From the human T2T-CHM13v2.0 reference genome, Homo sapiens: DNA of 64,000 nt. How positions within the stretch are numbered: the stretch's first letter is position 1; the number at the start of each line of letters is the position of its first letter. Position numbers and translations under genes: made by a program. The notes below the pieces were generated by a model. That model was not told where the DNA came from. It saw only the letters and a list, made by a program, of their open reading frames with translations, and did no database searches. Positions 1 to 25,012 of the stretch are shown piece by piece. Location of the stretch: the NCBI RefSeq assembly GCF_009914755.1, contig NC_060947.1; one strand, written 5' to 3'.

Positions 1-68
1 AAGTTATATGAGGTTTTGATTTGTGACATCTCCAAAGTAAGCTTTGGAGGAATGAATGAAAAGAATAT

Positions 69-1262
<1,194 letters not shown>

Positions 1263-1450
1263 CAAAGTGTTTATAGTAATATTTGCAATTGTATAGGGTT
1301 TTGATGGTGATTACGCTTTGCCACAATCACTTCCTCTGCCTCAGCATCTCCCTTTTGTCTGCTTGTTTTGCTCTGGTTCTTTTTTTTTTTTTTTTCCACC
1401 TTTCTTTAGATTGTAACAAGAATGCACGTGGACAAAAACTGGGACTGAGG

Positions 1451-1985
1451 CCATCCCATTACTGGGTATATACCCAAAGGATTATAAATCATCCTGCTAT
1501 AAAGACACATGCACACGCATGTTTATTGCAGCACTATTCACAATAACAAAGACTTGGAACCAACCCAAATGCCCATCAATAATAGACTGGATTAAGAAAA
1601 TATGGCACATAGACACCATGGAATACTATGCAGCCATGAAAAAGGATGAGTTCATGTCCTTCGTAGGGACATGGATGAAGCTGGAAACCATCATTCTGAG
1701 CAAACTATCGCAAGGACAGAAAACCAAACACCGCATGTTCTCACTCATACGTGGGAATTGAACAATGAGAAGACTTGGACACAGGGTGGGGAACATCACA
1801 CACCAGGGCCTGTCGTGGGGCGTTGGGAGAGGGGGGAGGGAGAGCATTAGGAGATATACCTAGTGTAAATGACGAGTTAATGGGTGCAGCACACCAACAT
1901 GGCACATGTATACGTATGTAACAAACCTGCACGTTGTGCACACGTACCCTAGAACTTAAAGGATAAAAATTTAAAAAAATTTTTA
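1451..1985 (+). mobile_element. 5'-truncated L1PA: ORF2 C-terminal fragment plus 3'UTR, with target-site duplication
   Basis: ORF 1519-1761 MFIAALFTITKTWNQPKCPS is the L1 ORF2p C-terminus; G-rich 3'UTR; flanks AAAAACTGGGACTGAGG (~1434) and AAAAACTGGGGCTGAGG (~1986). Confidence 0.93.
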
Positions 1986-2049
1986 AAAACTGGGGCTGAG
2001 GGTGTGGGTGGGGAAGCTCATGAACAGCCTCAGCTCTTCCAGTGGAGCT

Positions 2050-2403
2050 TTGCTGTGGTCAGAAGGTCAATGTCCTCCCCCAATTCCCACATTGATGTAA
2101 CCACCAACAAGATGATGTTAAGAGGCTTTGGGAGGTGACGAGGTTGTGAGGTTGGAGTCTCATGAATGGGAATCATGCTCTCATAAAAGGAACCCCAGAG
2201 ACCTCCCTGGCCCCTTCCACCATGTGAGACACAGAGAGAAGGCGCCATCTATGAACTAGGAGACGGGTCCTCACCAGACACTGAATCAGCCACACCTTCA
2301 TCTTGGACTTCCAGCCTCCAGCACCGAGAGACGTAAAGGTCTGTCTTGATAGGCTGCCCAGGGTATGGTGTTCTGTGACAGCAACACGAAAGGACTAAGA
2401 CAA
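2050..2403 (+). mobile_element. MaLR LTR (MLT1A-like)
   Basis: CCCCTTCCACCATGTGAGACACAG...TCTTGGACTTCCAGCCTCCAG...GGACTAAGACA is the typical MLT1 end. Confidence 0.8.
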
Positions 2404-3061
2404 CCTTGCATTTAATCGTGAGAATTGTTACATTGTTGCACGCTGTCTATGGATAATGCTACATTTGCTTCAATTGTTTTTCAGTAATTACTATAGCAGC
2501 ATTCTGCAAATAGCAACATTTCTTTTCTAATAGTTACATACGCAGCAAAAATAACTGTATAAAACTCTTTTTTTTCTAAACATTATGGTGAAAACTGAAA
2601 CTCTTTATTTGCATTGGTTGAGATAAGGATTTACGATGGTGTGGGTTGCTTCCTCCCCCCTCCTTCTCTCCGATGCTGCCAGAGTCTGTATTTATTTAAG
2701 CATTTCACATCTTTTATTTCCAAACTCTATTCTCTAAAAATATTTTTCATCTTAGAATGTGTTGTACTGATACTAATTAATACATATACTATTACTATAC
2801 TGTATATTTTCATACATTGTGCCTTGAAAACATTTTTTATGAACCTTCTTCTGTTTTATGGTTAACTGCCAATCATTTTGTACCACAGCTTCCCCATTTT
2901 AAAATTCTTAATTTCATTCATTTCTGGTTTGGCTGGAGTTACTTTGGCTGTTGTTGTTGGTTTTTGTTTTTTTTTTTAAGATGGAGATTCACTCTTTGTT
3001 GCCCAGGCTGGAGTGCAATGACATAATCTCAGCCCACTGCAACCTCCTTCTCCTAGGTTGA

Positions 3062-3310
<249 letters not shown>

Positions 3311-3312
3311 TA

Positions 3313-3920
<608 letters not shown>

Positions 3921-4189
3921 ACAGCTATTTTGTTTTTTATTGCTTCAGGCCTTTGGTTATTTTGTTCTGTAGATGGCTGATGATGTGTTGCTTTGTAAAA
4001 TAATCTGCTTATTTCTCCTGGGCATTACAGGATGTGATTTATCTTGAATATTTAAACAAATTTCCAGGAATTTCCATGTGTATCTTTTCATTAAGATACT
4101 TAAAGGGCTTTTTGTTTGTATGGTGTTATTCAGTGCGGAGATATTTTTCTCTCTTATTTCTTTGATTATTCTTTCTGCTCTATTCTCTT

Positions 4190-5134
4190 TGTGGAATTTA
4201 TGTTGAAAATATACTATATATGGGAGATATGTATATATACGTATATGTGAGATGAATTTATGTTGCAAATATAACATATATGGTAGATATTATACACGAT
4301 ATGATATATTTATATATGAGATGAATTTATGTTGCAAATATAACATATATGGTAGATATTATACATGATATGATATATTTATATATAGATGAATTTATGT
4401 TGCAAATATAACATATATGGTAGATATTACATATGATACATGATATGTATGTATATAATATATGTGTACATGAGGTGAATTTATGTTGCAAATATAACAT
4501 ATATGGTAGATATTATATATGCTATAATATTTCTATACATGGGATAAATTTTCGTTGTAAATCTACCAGATATGGCAGATATTATATATGATATATGTGT
4601 GTATATATATATATCAGATGAATTTATGTTGCAAATATAACATATATGGTAAACATTATGTATGAAACACTTATATATGAGATGAATTTATAACACAAAT
4701 GTAACATATATGGTAGATATATATGATATAATCTTATATATGAGATGAATTTATATTGCAAATATATATGGTAGATACATATGATATATATGGGATGAGT
4801 TTATATTGCAAATGTGACAGATATGGTAGATATGTATATATATGGGATACATTTATGTTGTAAATATACTACATATGGTAGACATTATATATGATATATG
4901 TATATATCAGATGAATTTATGTTGCAAATATAACATATATGGTAGACATGTATATATGCTATAATACATGTATACATGGTATAAATTTATGTTGTAAATA
5001 TACTATATATGGTAGATACTATATCTGATATATGTATACATGACATGAATTAATGTTGCAAATATATTTGCCTATATGGTAGATGTATATATCTAATATG
5101 ATACATGTATACATGAGACAAATTTATGTTTCAA

Positions 5135-5140
<6 letters not shown>
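4190..5140. repeat. AT-rich minisatellite, ~65-70 bp unit, ~14 diverged copies
   Basis: GATGAATTTATGTTGCAAATATAACATATATGGTAGAT recurs at 4251, 4320, 4388 and onward; followed by (TA)n at 5140-5180. Confidence 0.92.
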
Positions 5141-5182
<42 letters not shown>

Positions 5183-5189
5183 CTATGAA

Positions 5190-6085
<896 letters not shown>

Positions 6086-6139
6086 CATAGGATAGAATAT
6101 ATAAGTGAGGTCCCTTCTCTGGTTAAAACAACTCCATAT

Positions 6140-12054
<5,915 letters not shown>

Positions 12055-12589
12055 TTAAGGCAAAAATGCCATGAGAAACAAACCATTAAAATTTTAAATA
12101 AGGATGGGACTAGTATGCTGATGGTAATTAAACATGAAAGCTTGATGGTCACTTGGTCAAGAGAAGTTGACAAACATGACAATCCTATCCATTGACAATG
12201 ATACAAGCAAAAATGAAAGTTTGAGAGTATTTTGGTAAGCATGCTTTCATTCAAGCCAGGAAAGTAGAATTACTCCCCAAAAAGTCTGGTTTTGATAAAA
12301 AAAAAATTTAAAAGTTAAAGTAATGCTCTGAATTTTCATATACCCGTGTATCCTTGTAATATTTTCCAACCATTTTAATGTTCTGGAAAAAAACACATGA
12401 AATATGTCCAGAGGGGCATGAATTTTTCCTTTTCCATATGTTTTGCTTCAGGCTCCAATCAAAAATATCAGAGCACTGCTGAATCCTGTATTTGTTCACA
12501 GTATTGATGATTTATTCATGGTTGTTTATTTGAATTAATTTTGATTTTAAAATATTGAGTGAATTTGATTTTATAATATGGATTATAGG

Positions 12590-13552
12590 GGTTATGGATA
12601 GAGGGTGGATAAATAGATGGATGAGTGGGTTAATGGATGGTAGATGCTGGAAGGATAGATGGATTAATGGATACAGAATATATGGAGGGATGGATGAATG
12701 GATGGATGGGTGGGTGGTTAAATGGGTGGGTTAATGAATGGAGGGTGGATAGATGATGGATAGATAGATAGGTTAATGGATTGAGGGTAGATGGATGGAT
12801 GAGTGAATGAGTGAATAGGTCGATGAGTAGGTTAATGGATGGATGGGTTGGTGGTCGGTTGAGTGGGTGCATGGGTGGAGAGATGAAAGGATGAATGAAC
12901 AGATGATGGATGGATATATGGATATATGGGTTAATGGATGAAGGGTTGGCTGGCTGGCTGGCTGGATGGCTGGATAGGTGGATGGATACATGGGTTAATG
13001 AATAGAGGATGAATGAATGGACTAATGAATGGATGGGTTAATGGATGAAGATTTGGCTGGCTGGAGGGATGGATGGCTGAATAGGTGGATGGATATATGG
13101 ATTAATGAATAGAGGATTAATGAATGGATTAATGAATGGATGGGTTAATGGATGAAGGCTTGGCTGACTGAATGGATGGATGGCTGGATAGGTGGATGGA
13201 TACATGGGTTAATGAATAGAGGATAAATTAATGGATTAATGAGTGGATGGGTAAGTAGAAAGTGGGTGGGTTGATAGCTGGGTTAATAAACAGAGGGTGG
13301 ATAGAGGATGGATAGATAGATACACGGGTAGATGGTTTAATGGATGGAGGGTGGATGGATGGGTAGATGGATGGATAGATGGGTGAATGAATGAATGAGT
13401 AGGTAGATGGATACATGACTGGGTGGATGGATGAATAGATTGACAGATTAATGACTGGCTGAATGGGTGGGTGGGTGCATAGATGCATGAACAGAAGAAT
13501 CGACTGATGGAAGCATGGATGGATGGATGGGTGGATGGATGGATGGATATGA
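12590..13552. repeat. Degenerate (GGAT)n/(TGGA)n tract with an internal ~118-bp repeat
   Basis: GGATGGAT runs; GGGTTAATGGATGAAG...GGCTGG...ATAGGTGGATGGATA occurs three times at ~12928-13220. Confidence 0.92.
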
Positions 13553-14404
13553 TAAACGCGGGAGAATTAAGATCTCTGACACTGGATTCTAGTTTAGTGA
13601 ACTGGTCCCTGGGATTCTCAATCTTTGCAAAACCCTCCACCTCCTACCTCAAGGTGCAGCTCTAGGAGAAGAGTCCCCATGCTTGAGGGTCAGGCCTTTG
13701 CTCACTGACCTCACAGTGCTGGACCCTGCCTGGGAGTCTCTCGAAGGAAGACCCCACTCCTTGGAAGCATCTTGATAAGGACCACAGTCCTGGGCCTCCC
13801 TCATTGTCACCTGCTGCTAGGACCTTCCAGATGATTTGTTCCCTGCATGGCCTGCTCTGCATAGAGTGGCTCACCCTGTCCTGGCATCGTACACACTTTT
13901 CTGAATTATACCTCAATTACTTTAAGGAGAAAAGGGAAGACCGTTGCATGAGAAGAAATGCAAGGAAGTAATTTTCCTCAAGGGGAAGGCCCACTCCCAT
14001 ATCTTTGTTTTGTATCTTTATTTCCTGTTTGAGGCTGCCGTTTTATCTGATCTTTACAACGTCTGTTTCTCTAGTCTTCACATGGGAGATAACATGCTGA
14101 TCTGCAGTGGTATATCTCCTTGAAATATCAGTTTCACATCAACATTTAATAAATGCATCCCACACCACAAAGCAGCATTTTCTCAGCAGGCTATGTTTTC
14201 AATGAAATTTTCTGCCCAATAACTGAGTATCAACCTCACTGGTTATCACAGATAAACCTGAGTAGTAGCCTCTGTTCCTTCTTTTGGAAGGTATTTGATT
14301 CTTATGATGTTATGAATGAGGCTGGACTCGGAATTCCCCTTTCTTGCTTGTGGCCAAGGGGTGGTAGACAGGAGAGAGAAGTCATCCAGCCATTTGCAGT
14401 GAGG

Positions 14405-15680
14405 GATGAATAGATTGATAGGTAGATTTGTGAATGGCTGAATGGGGAAAGTATAGATAGATGGGTGGATGAATGGACGGATAGGTGGGTACATTACTGG
14501 ATGGATGGGTGAATAAATGGATGGGTGACTAGACGGATGGATGGATAGATGGATGGATGGATGGATGGATGAATGGATAGATGGGTGGGTAAATGGATGG
14601 ATGGGTGGGTACATTAATGGATGCATGGGTGAATAAATGGATGGGTGACTGGATGGATGGATGGATGGATAGATGGGTGGGTGGGTGAATGGATGGTTGG
14701 GTGGGTACATTAATGGATGGATGGGTGAATAAATGGATGGGTGACTGGATGGATGGATGGATGGATGGATGGATGGATGGATGGATGGATGAATGGATGG
14801 ATGGGTGAGTACATTAATGGATGGATGGGTAAATAAATGGATGAGTCACTTGATGGATAGATGGATGGATGGATGAACGGATAGATGGGTGGGTGAATGG
14901 ATGGATGGGTGGGTACTTTAATGGATGGATGGGTGAATAAATGGATGGATAGATGGATGGATGGATGGATGGATGGATGGATGGATGGATGGATGGATAG
15001 ATGGGCAGGTGAATGGATGGATGGATGGGTAAATAAATGGATGGGTGACTGTATGGATGGATGGATGGATGGATGATGGGTGCATGAATGGATGGATGGG
15101 TGGGTACATTAATGGATGGATGGGTGAATAGATGGATGGGTGACTGGATGGATGGATGGATGGATGGATGGATGGATGGATGGATGGATGAATGGATAGA
15201 TGGGTGGGCAAATGGATGGATAGGTGGGTACATTAATGGATGGATGGGTGAATAAATGGATGCGTGACTAGATGGATGGATGGATGGATGGATGAATGGA
15301 TGGGTGGATGGGTGGACAAATGGATGAACAGATTAACAGGTAGATTGATGACTGGCTGAATGGGTGGGTGGGTGGATAGATAAATGGATGGATGGATGGA
15401 TGGATAGATGGATGGATGGATGGATGGACAAATGGATGAACAGATTGATAGACTGATGACTGGCTGAATGGGTGGGTGAGTGGTTAGATGGATGAATGGA
15501 TGGATGAACGGATGAATGAATGGGTGGACAAATGGATAAATAGATTGACAGATTAATGACTGGCAGAATGGGTGGGTGGGTGGATGGATGGATGGATAGA
15601 TGAGTGGATGGGTGGACAAATGGATGAACAGATTGACAGATTAATGACTGGCCGAATGGGTGGATAGATGAATGGATGAA
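14405..15680. repeat. (GGAT)n-based compound satellite with two higher-order unit types
   Basis: GTACATTAATGGATGGATGGGTGAATAAATGG about 7 times (14490-15260); GGACAAATGGATGAACAGATTGACAGATTAATGACTGG about 4 times (15310-15660). Confidence 0.92.
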
Positions 15681-15869
15681 TAAAGTGAAAGACACATGAG
15701 TAAGACATCCAGGTCATCTGCAGTGATGGGATGGCTTCTCTCTCCTGTCTACCACCCCTAGGACTCTGTATCTCCAAATGAAAGTCCCATACTTGGTTCT
15801 AAGATCTTTGTTTGATTAAGGCCAATGCTTTTTTTAAAACTTGTTTCCACAGTCTCCAGTTACTCACCA

Positions 15870-16295
15870 TAATAGCTTGAATTTTGTCCCCCAAAAGACA
15901 TATCTAAGTCCTGCCCCCTGGTGAATGAGACCTTATTTGGAAATCGGGTCTTTGCAGATGTGATTAAGAATCTGGAGATGAGATCATCCTGGAGTAGGGT
16001 GGGTCCTTAATCCAGTGACAGGTGTCCTTCTAAGAGACAGAAGAGGAGACACAGACACAGAGGAGAAGGCCACGTGGAGATGGGGGCAGAGACTGGAGTG
16101 ATGCAGCCACAAGTTCAGGTACTCCTGGAGCCCCCAGGAGCTGGGAGAGGCAGGAAGGATCCTTCCCTGGATCTTCCAGAGTGAGCACAATCCTGCCCAC
16201 ATCTTGACCTCAGACTTCTGGTCTCCAGAACCATGAGCTAAATCACATCTGTTGTTTTAAACCCTTGAGTTTTAGGCAAATTGTTAGGGCAGCCC
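15870..16295 (+). mobile_element. MaLR LTR (MLT1B/C-like)
   Basis: GACCTTATTTGGAAAT..GGGTCTTTGCAGATGT..ATTAAG...GGCCACGTGGAGATGG...CAGACTTCTGGTCTCCAGAA. Confidence 0.8.
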
Positions 16296-16562
16296 CAGGG
16301 CATTCAAGCACCCATTAAATGCATGATTCTATATTTCTGCGGTCCCCACCAATTCCCTTTACTTTGGTCATCAGCTGCAAATTCAAATTCAGGGGTCCCG
16401 GGAAGCACTCTCACTTTGGACCAGCTGGCTAAAACTTGTAGGGTCCCAGTGACCACATTCAGGGTGAATAATTTCCTAGAATGACTCACAAGAACTCAGA
16501 AAAACACTGTGCTTCTGATTAAAGTCTTATTATACCGAATAGATACAAATTAAAATCAGCCA

Positions 16563-16860
16563 AGCTGGGCACAGTGGCTCATGCCTGTAATCCCAACACG
16601 TTGGAAGGTCGAGGTGGGAGGACCGCTTGAGCCCAGGAGTTTGAGACCAGCCTGGCCAACAGAGCGAGACCTCATCTCTACAAAAAATAAAAAATTAGCC
16701 AGGGACGGTGGTGCACGTCTGTCATCCCAGCTACTCAGGAGGCCGAGTTAAGAAGACTGCTTGAGCCCCAGAGGTCGAGACTGTAGTGAGCTGTAATTGC
16801 GTCACTGCACTCAAGCCTGGGTAACAGAGTGAGACCTTGACTCAAAAATCAATCAATCAA
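16563..16860 (+). mobile_element. AluJ-type element that seeded the downstream satellite
   Basis: GCTTGAGCCCAGGAGTTTGAGACC (AluJ-type); ends ACAGAGTGAGACCTTGACTCAAAAATCAATCAATC. Confidence 0.88.
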
Positions 16861-18565
16861 TTAATTAATATCAGGAAGAAAAGAGATGCATAAAACAGAG
16901 ACCCTACCTTAAAGTCAATTAATTAATTTAATTAAATAATATTAGCTAAGGAAAGTGAAGTATGAGTGAGACCCCGCCTGAAAATCAATTAATTAATTAT
17001 ATTAAATAATGTCAGCCAAGAAAAATGATGCCTAAGACAGAGTGAGACCTTGCTCAAAATCAATCAATCAATATCAGCCAAGAAAAAGGATGCCTAAGAC
17101 AGAGTGAGACCTTACCTCACAATCAAGCAATTAATTGAATTAAATAATATCAGTCAAGAAAAGAGGTGGATAAGAGAGTGAGACCCTACTCAAAATCAAT
17201 CAATTAATTAATTAATTAAATAATATCAGCCAAGAAAAGAGATGCATAAAACAGACTCTACCTCAAAATCTATCAATCAATTAAAGTAAATAATATCAGC
17301 CAAGAAAAAATATATGAGAGTGAGACCCTGCCTCAAAATCAATCAATCAATTAATTAATAACAGCCAAGAAAAGAGATGCCTAAGACAGAGCGAGACTGT
17401 GCCTCAAAATCAATCAATTAATTAAAGTAAATAATATCAGCCAAGAAAAGAGATGTGTAAAACAGAGACCCTACCTCAAAATCAATCAATCAATTAATTA
17501 ACTAATATCAGCCAAGAAAAAATATGTAAGAGAGACCCTGCCTCAAAATCAATCAATTAATTAATATCAGCCAAGAAAAGAGATGCCTAAGACAGAGCGA
17601 GACTGTGCCTCAAAATCAATCAATTAAAGTAAATAATATCAGCCAAGAAAAGAGATGTGAAAACAGAGACCCTACCTCAAAATCAATCAATCAATTAATT
17701 AAATTAAATTAAATATCAGGCAAGAAAAGAGATGTATAAGAGAGCAAAACCCTGCTTGAAACCAACCGATTAATCAATTAAACAAATAATATCAGTCAAG
17801 GAAAGAGATTCATAAAACAGAGACCCTACCTCAAAATCAATCAATCAATTAATTAAATTAAATATCAGCCAAGAAAAGAGATGCCTAAGACAGAGCGAGA
17901 GTGTGCCTCAAAATCAATCAATTCAAGTAAATAATATCAGCCAAGAAAAGAGATGCGTAAAACAGAGACCCTACCTCAAAATCAATCAATCAATTAATTA
18001 AATTAAATATCAGGCAAGAAAAGAGATGTATAAGAGAGTGAAACCCTGTTCGAAACCAACCGATTAATCACTTAAATAAATAATATCAGTCAAGGAAAGA
18101 GATGCATAAAACAGACCCTACCTCAAAATCAATCAATTAATTAAATTAAATAATATCAGCCAAGAAAAGAGATGCCTAAGACAGAGGGAGACTGTGCCTC
18201 AAAATCAATCAATTAAAGTAAGTAATATCAGCCAAGAAAAGAGATGCGTAAAACAGAGACCCTACCTCAAAATCAATCAATCAATTAATTAAATTAAATA
18301 ATATCAGGCAAGAAAAGAGATGTATAAGAGAGTGAGACCCTGCTCGAAACCAAACAATTAATCAATTAAACAAATAATATCAGTCAAGGAAAGAGATGCA
18401 TAAAACAGAGACCCTACCTCAAAATCAATCAATCAATCAATTATTAAGTTAAATAATATCAGCGAAGAAAAGACATGCCTAAGACAGAGTGAGACCCTGC
18501 CTGAAAATCAATCAATGAATTAATTTAATTAAGTAACATCAGCCAAGCAAAGAGATGTACAAGAG
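16822..18565 (+). repeat. AT-rich minisatellite, ~74-bp unit, ~23 copies, with a 4-unit higher-order repeat
   Basis: ACAGAGACCCTACCTCAAAATCAATCAATTAATTAAATAATATCAGCCAAGAAAAGAGATG repeats. Confidence 0.95.
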
Positions 18566-18816
18566 AGAGTCAAGGAGGAGCTGAGACCCACAGCTTCCAT
18601 TGTCCTCTCCCCAAGGACTCACGGGTGCTGTTCCCTCCTCTTAGCATCAATGTGTGATGACAGACGTCAAGTCAGCCCACCAGGGAAGCTGATCAGAACC
18701 TCAGTGTCTGGAGTTTTTACCGGGGCCACCACCACCTTCTGTCTCTGCCACTGAGCTTTACTCTCCAGCCCCTCCTGGAGGTTGAAACTGATACTGCATG
18801 TCCCAATATGCCCACC

Positions 18817-19798
18817 TCTTAGACATCTCTTTTCTTGCCTCTTATTATTTAATGAATTGATTGATTGATTTTGAGGTAGGGTCTCTGTTTTCACATCTCT
18901 TTTCTTGGCTGATATTATTTACTTTAATTAATTGATTTTGAGGCACAGTCTCGCTCTGTCTTAGGCATCTCTTTTCTTGGCTGATATTAATTAATTCATT
19001 GATTTTGAGGCATAGTCTCTCTTACATATTTTTTCTTGGCTGATATTATTTACTTTAATTAATTGATTGATTTTGAGGCACAGTCTCGCTCTGTCTTAGG
19101 CATCTCTTTTCTTGGCTGTTATTAATTAATTGATTGATTTTGAGGCAGGGTCTCTCTTACATATTTTTTCTTGGCTGATATTATTTACTTTAATTAATTG
19201 ATTGATTTTGAGGTAGGGTCTCTGTTTTCACATCTCTTTTCTTGGCTGATATTATTTACTTTAATTAATTGATTGATTTTGAGGCACAGTCTCGCTCTGT
19301 CTTAGGCATCTCTTTTCTTGGCTGATATTAATTAATTGATTGATTGATTTTGAGGCATAGTCTCTCTTACATATTTTTTCGTGGCTGATATTATTTACTT
19401 TAATTAATTGATTGATTTTGAGGCACAGCCTCGCTCTGTCTTAGGCATCTCTTTTCTTGGCTGTTATTAATTGATTGATTTTGAGGCAGCGTCTCTCTTA
19501 CATATTTTTTCTTGGCTGATATTATTTACTTTAATTAATTGATTGATTTTGAGGTAGGGTCTCTGTTTTCACATCTCTTTTCTTGGCTGATATTATTTAC
19601 TTTAATTGATTGATTTTGAGGCACAGTCTCGCTCTGTCTTAGGCATCTCTTTTCTTGGCTGTTATTAATTAATTGATTGATTTTGAGGCAGGGTCTCACT
19701 CATATATTTTTTCTTGGCTGATATTATTTAATTTAATTGATTGATTGATAGATTTTGAGGTAGAGTCTATGTTTTATGCATCTCTTTTCTTGACTGAT
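18817..19798 (-). repeat. Inverted copy of the ~74-bp minisatellite (~14 units)
   Basis: CATCTCTTTTCTTGGCTGATATTATTTACTTTAATTAATTGATTGATTTTGAGG is the reverse complement of the unit above. Confidence 0.95.
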
Positions 19799-19839
19799 AA
19801 ATTACATTGTTAGACCCTCCAGGGGCCAAAGCCCGCTTA

Positions 19840-24235
<4,396 letters not shown>

Positions 24236-25012
24236 AGACCTTCTTTTAAAGTGCTCACCTGATTAGGTCGGGCCTACCTAGAATACTCTCCTGTTTCATG
24301 ATCTTGAAGTCTGTTGACTAGAGAGCTTATTGCATCTGGAAAGTTCCAGCACCTTTGCTGCAGCATCATGAGACTGATATCTCAGAATCTTTTTATTTGC
24401 CTTTCATGCTCAATTCATGGAAATGATACAGACTGGGTACACAACAAAGACTCATGGCTACCTCCCCATGACAAAGGATTACGGCTGCAGATATCCGAGA
24501 ACTTTGTTTTTTTATTTCTGGGGTACATTCAGGAGAGGGATGTTTTGCTCCAAAATGCTTTAGGAGGCCAAGCATTTTCCTTAAAGGTTTTCCAGATTAT
24601 TATAACCATCCTTTGGTGCTTGCTGGTTCTGAAGGAGTGAATATCTCCTTCTGAATTTGCTTTGCAAATACCTTCAGGGAACTAGCTGAGTGGCAAAGTG
24701 GTTTCCCAATTTAACAGCTCCCCCCGGGAAACACACACCAATGGTATGTAAAGCAGCAGCAGCGAGAAGAATTTTAAAGAGAACCCCAAACGCTTTCGTG
24801 TCCCTAAGAAGAAGAAGAATGTACATGCAGGCAGCAAAGGGGTGTGTCTCACTGAGAAGCCTGCTTGGGGTTCACAGAATGGTCCCCGTCCTGGGGACCC
24901 TGGTGTGTTTGTTTTCTCCTTGGTCAAGTAGAGACTCATAATCATATTAATATTAGCCTTTATGGACATCATGGCTCACACAATGCAAACGCCCCCCCAA
25001 ATACCCACAAGC

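Larger units (their letters stand above)
16330..19835. mobile_element. MER21-like LTR broken into three pieces (~16330-16563, ~18540-18816, ~19797-19835) by an AluJ and two satellite arrays
   Basis: CTAGAATGACTCACAAGAACTCAG...GATACAAATTAAAATCAGCCAAG / GCTTCCATTGTCCTCTCCCC...CAGGGAAGCT / ATAAATTACATTGTTAGAC follow the MER21C consensus as I remember it. Confidence 0.7.

Noticed and set aside
1519-1761. Protein-like 80-aa ORF
   Set aside because: C-terminal remnant of L1 ORF2p in a 5'-truncated, inactive insertion
12630-15777. His/Pro/Ser/Ile-rich ORFs on the - strand
   Set aside because: Translation of (ATCC)n satellite
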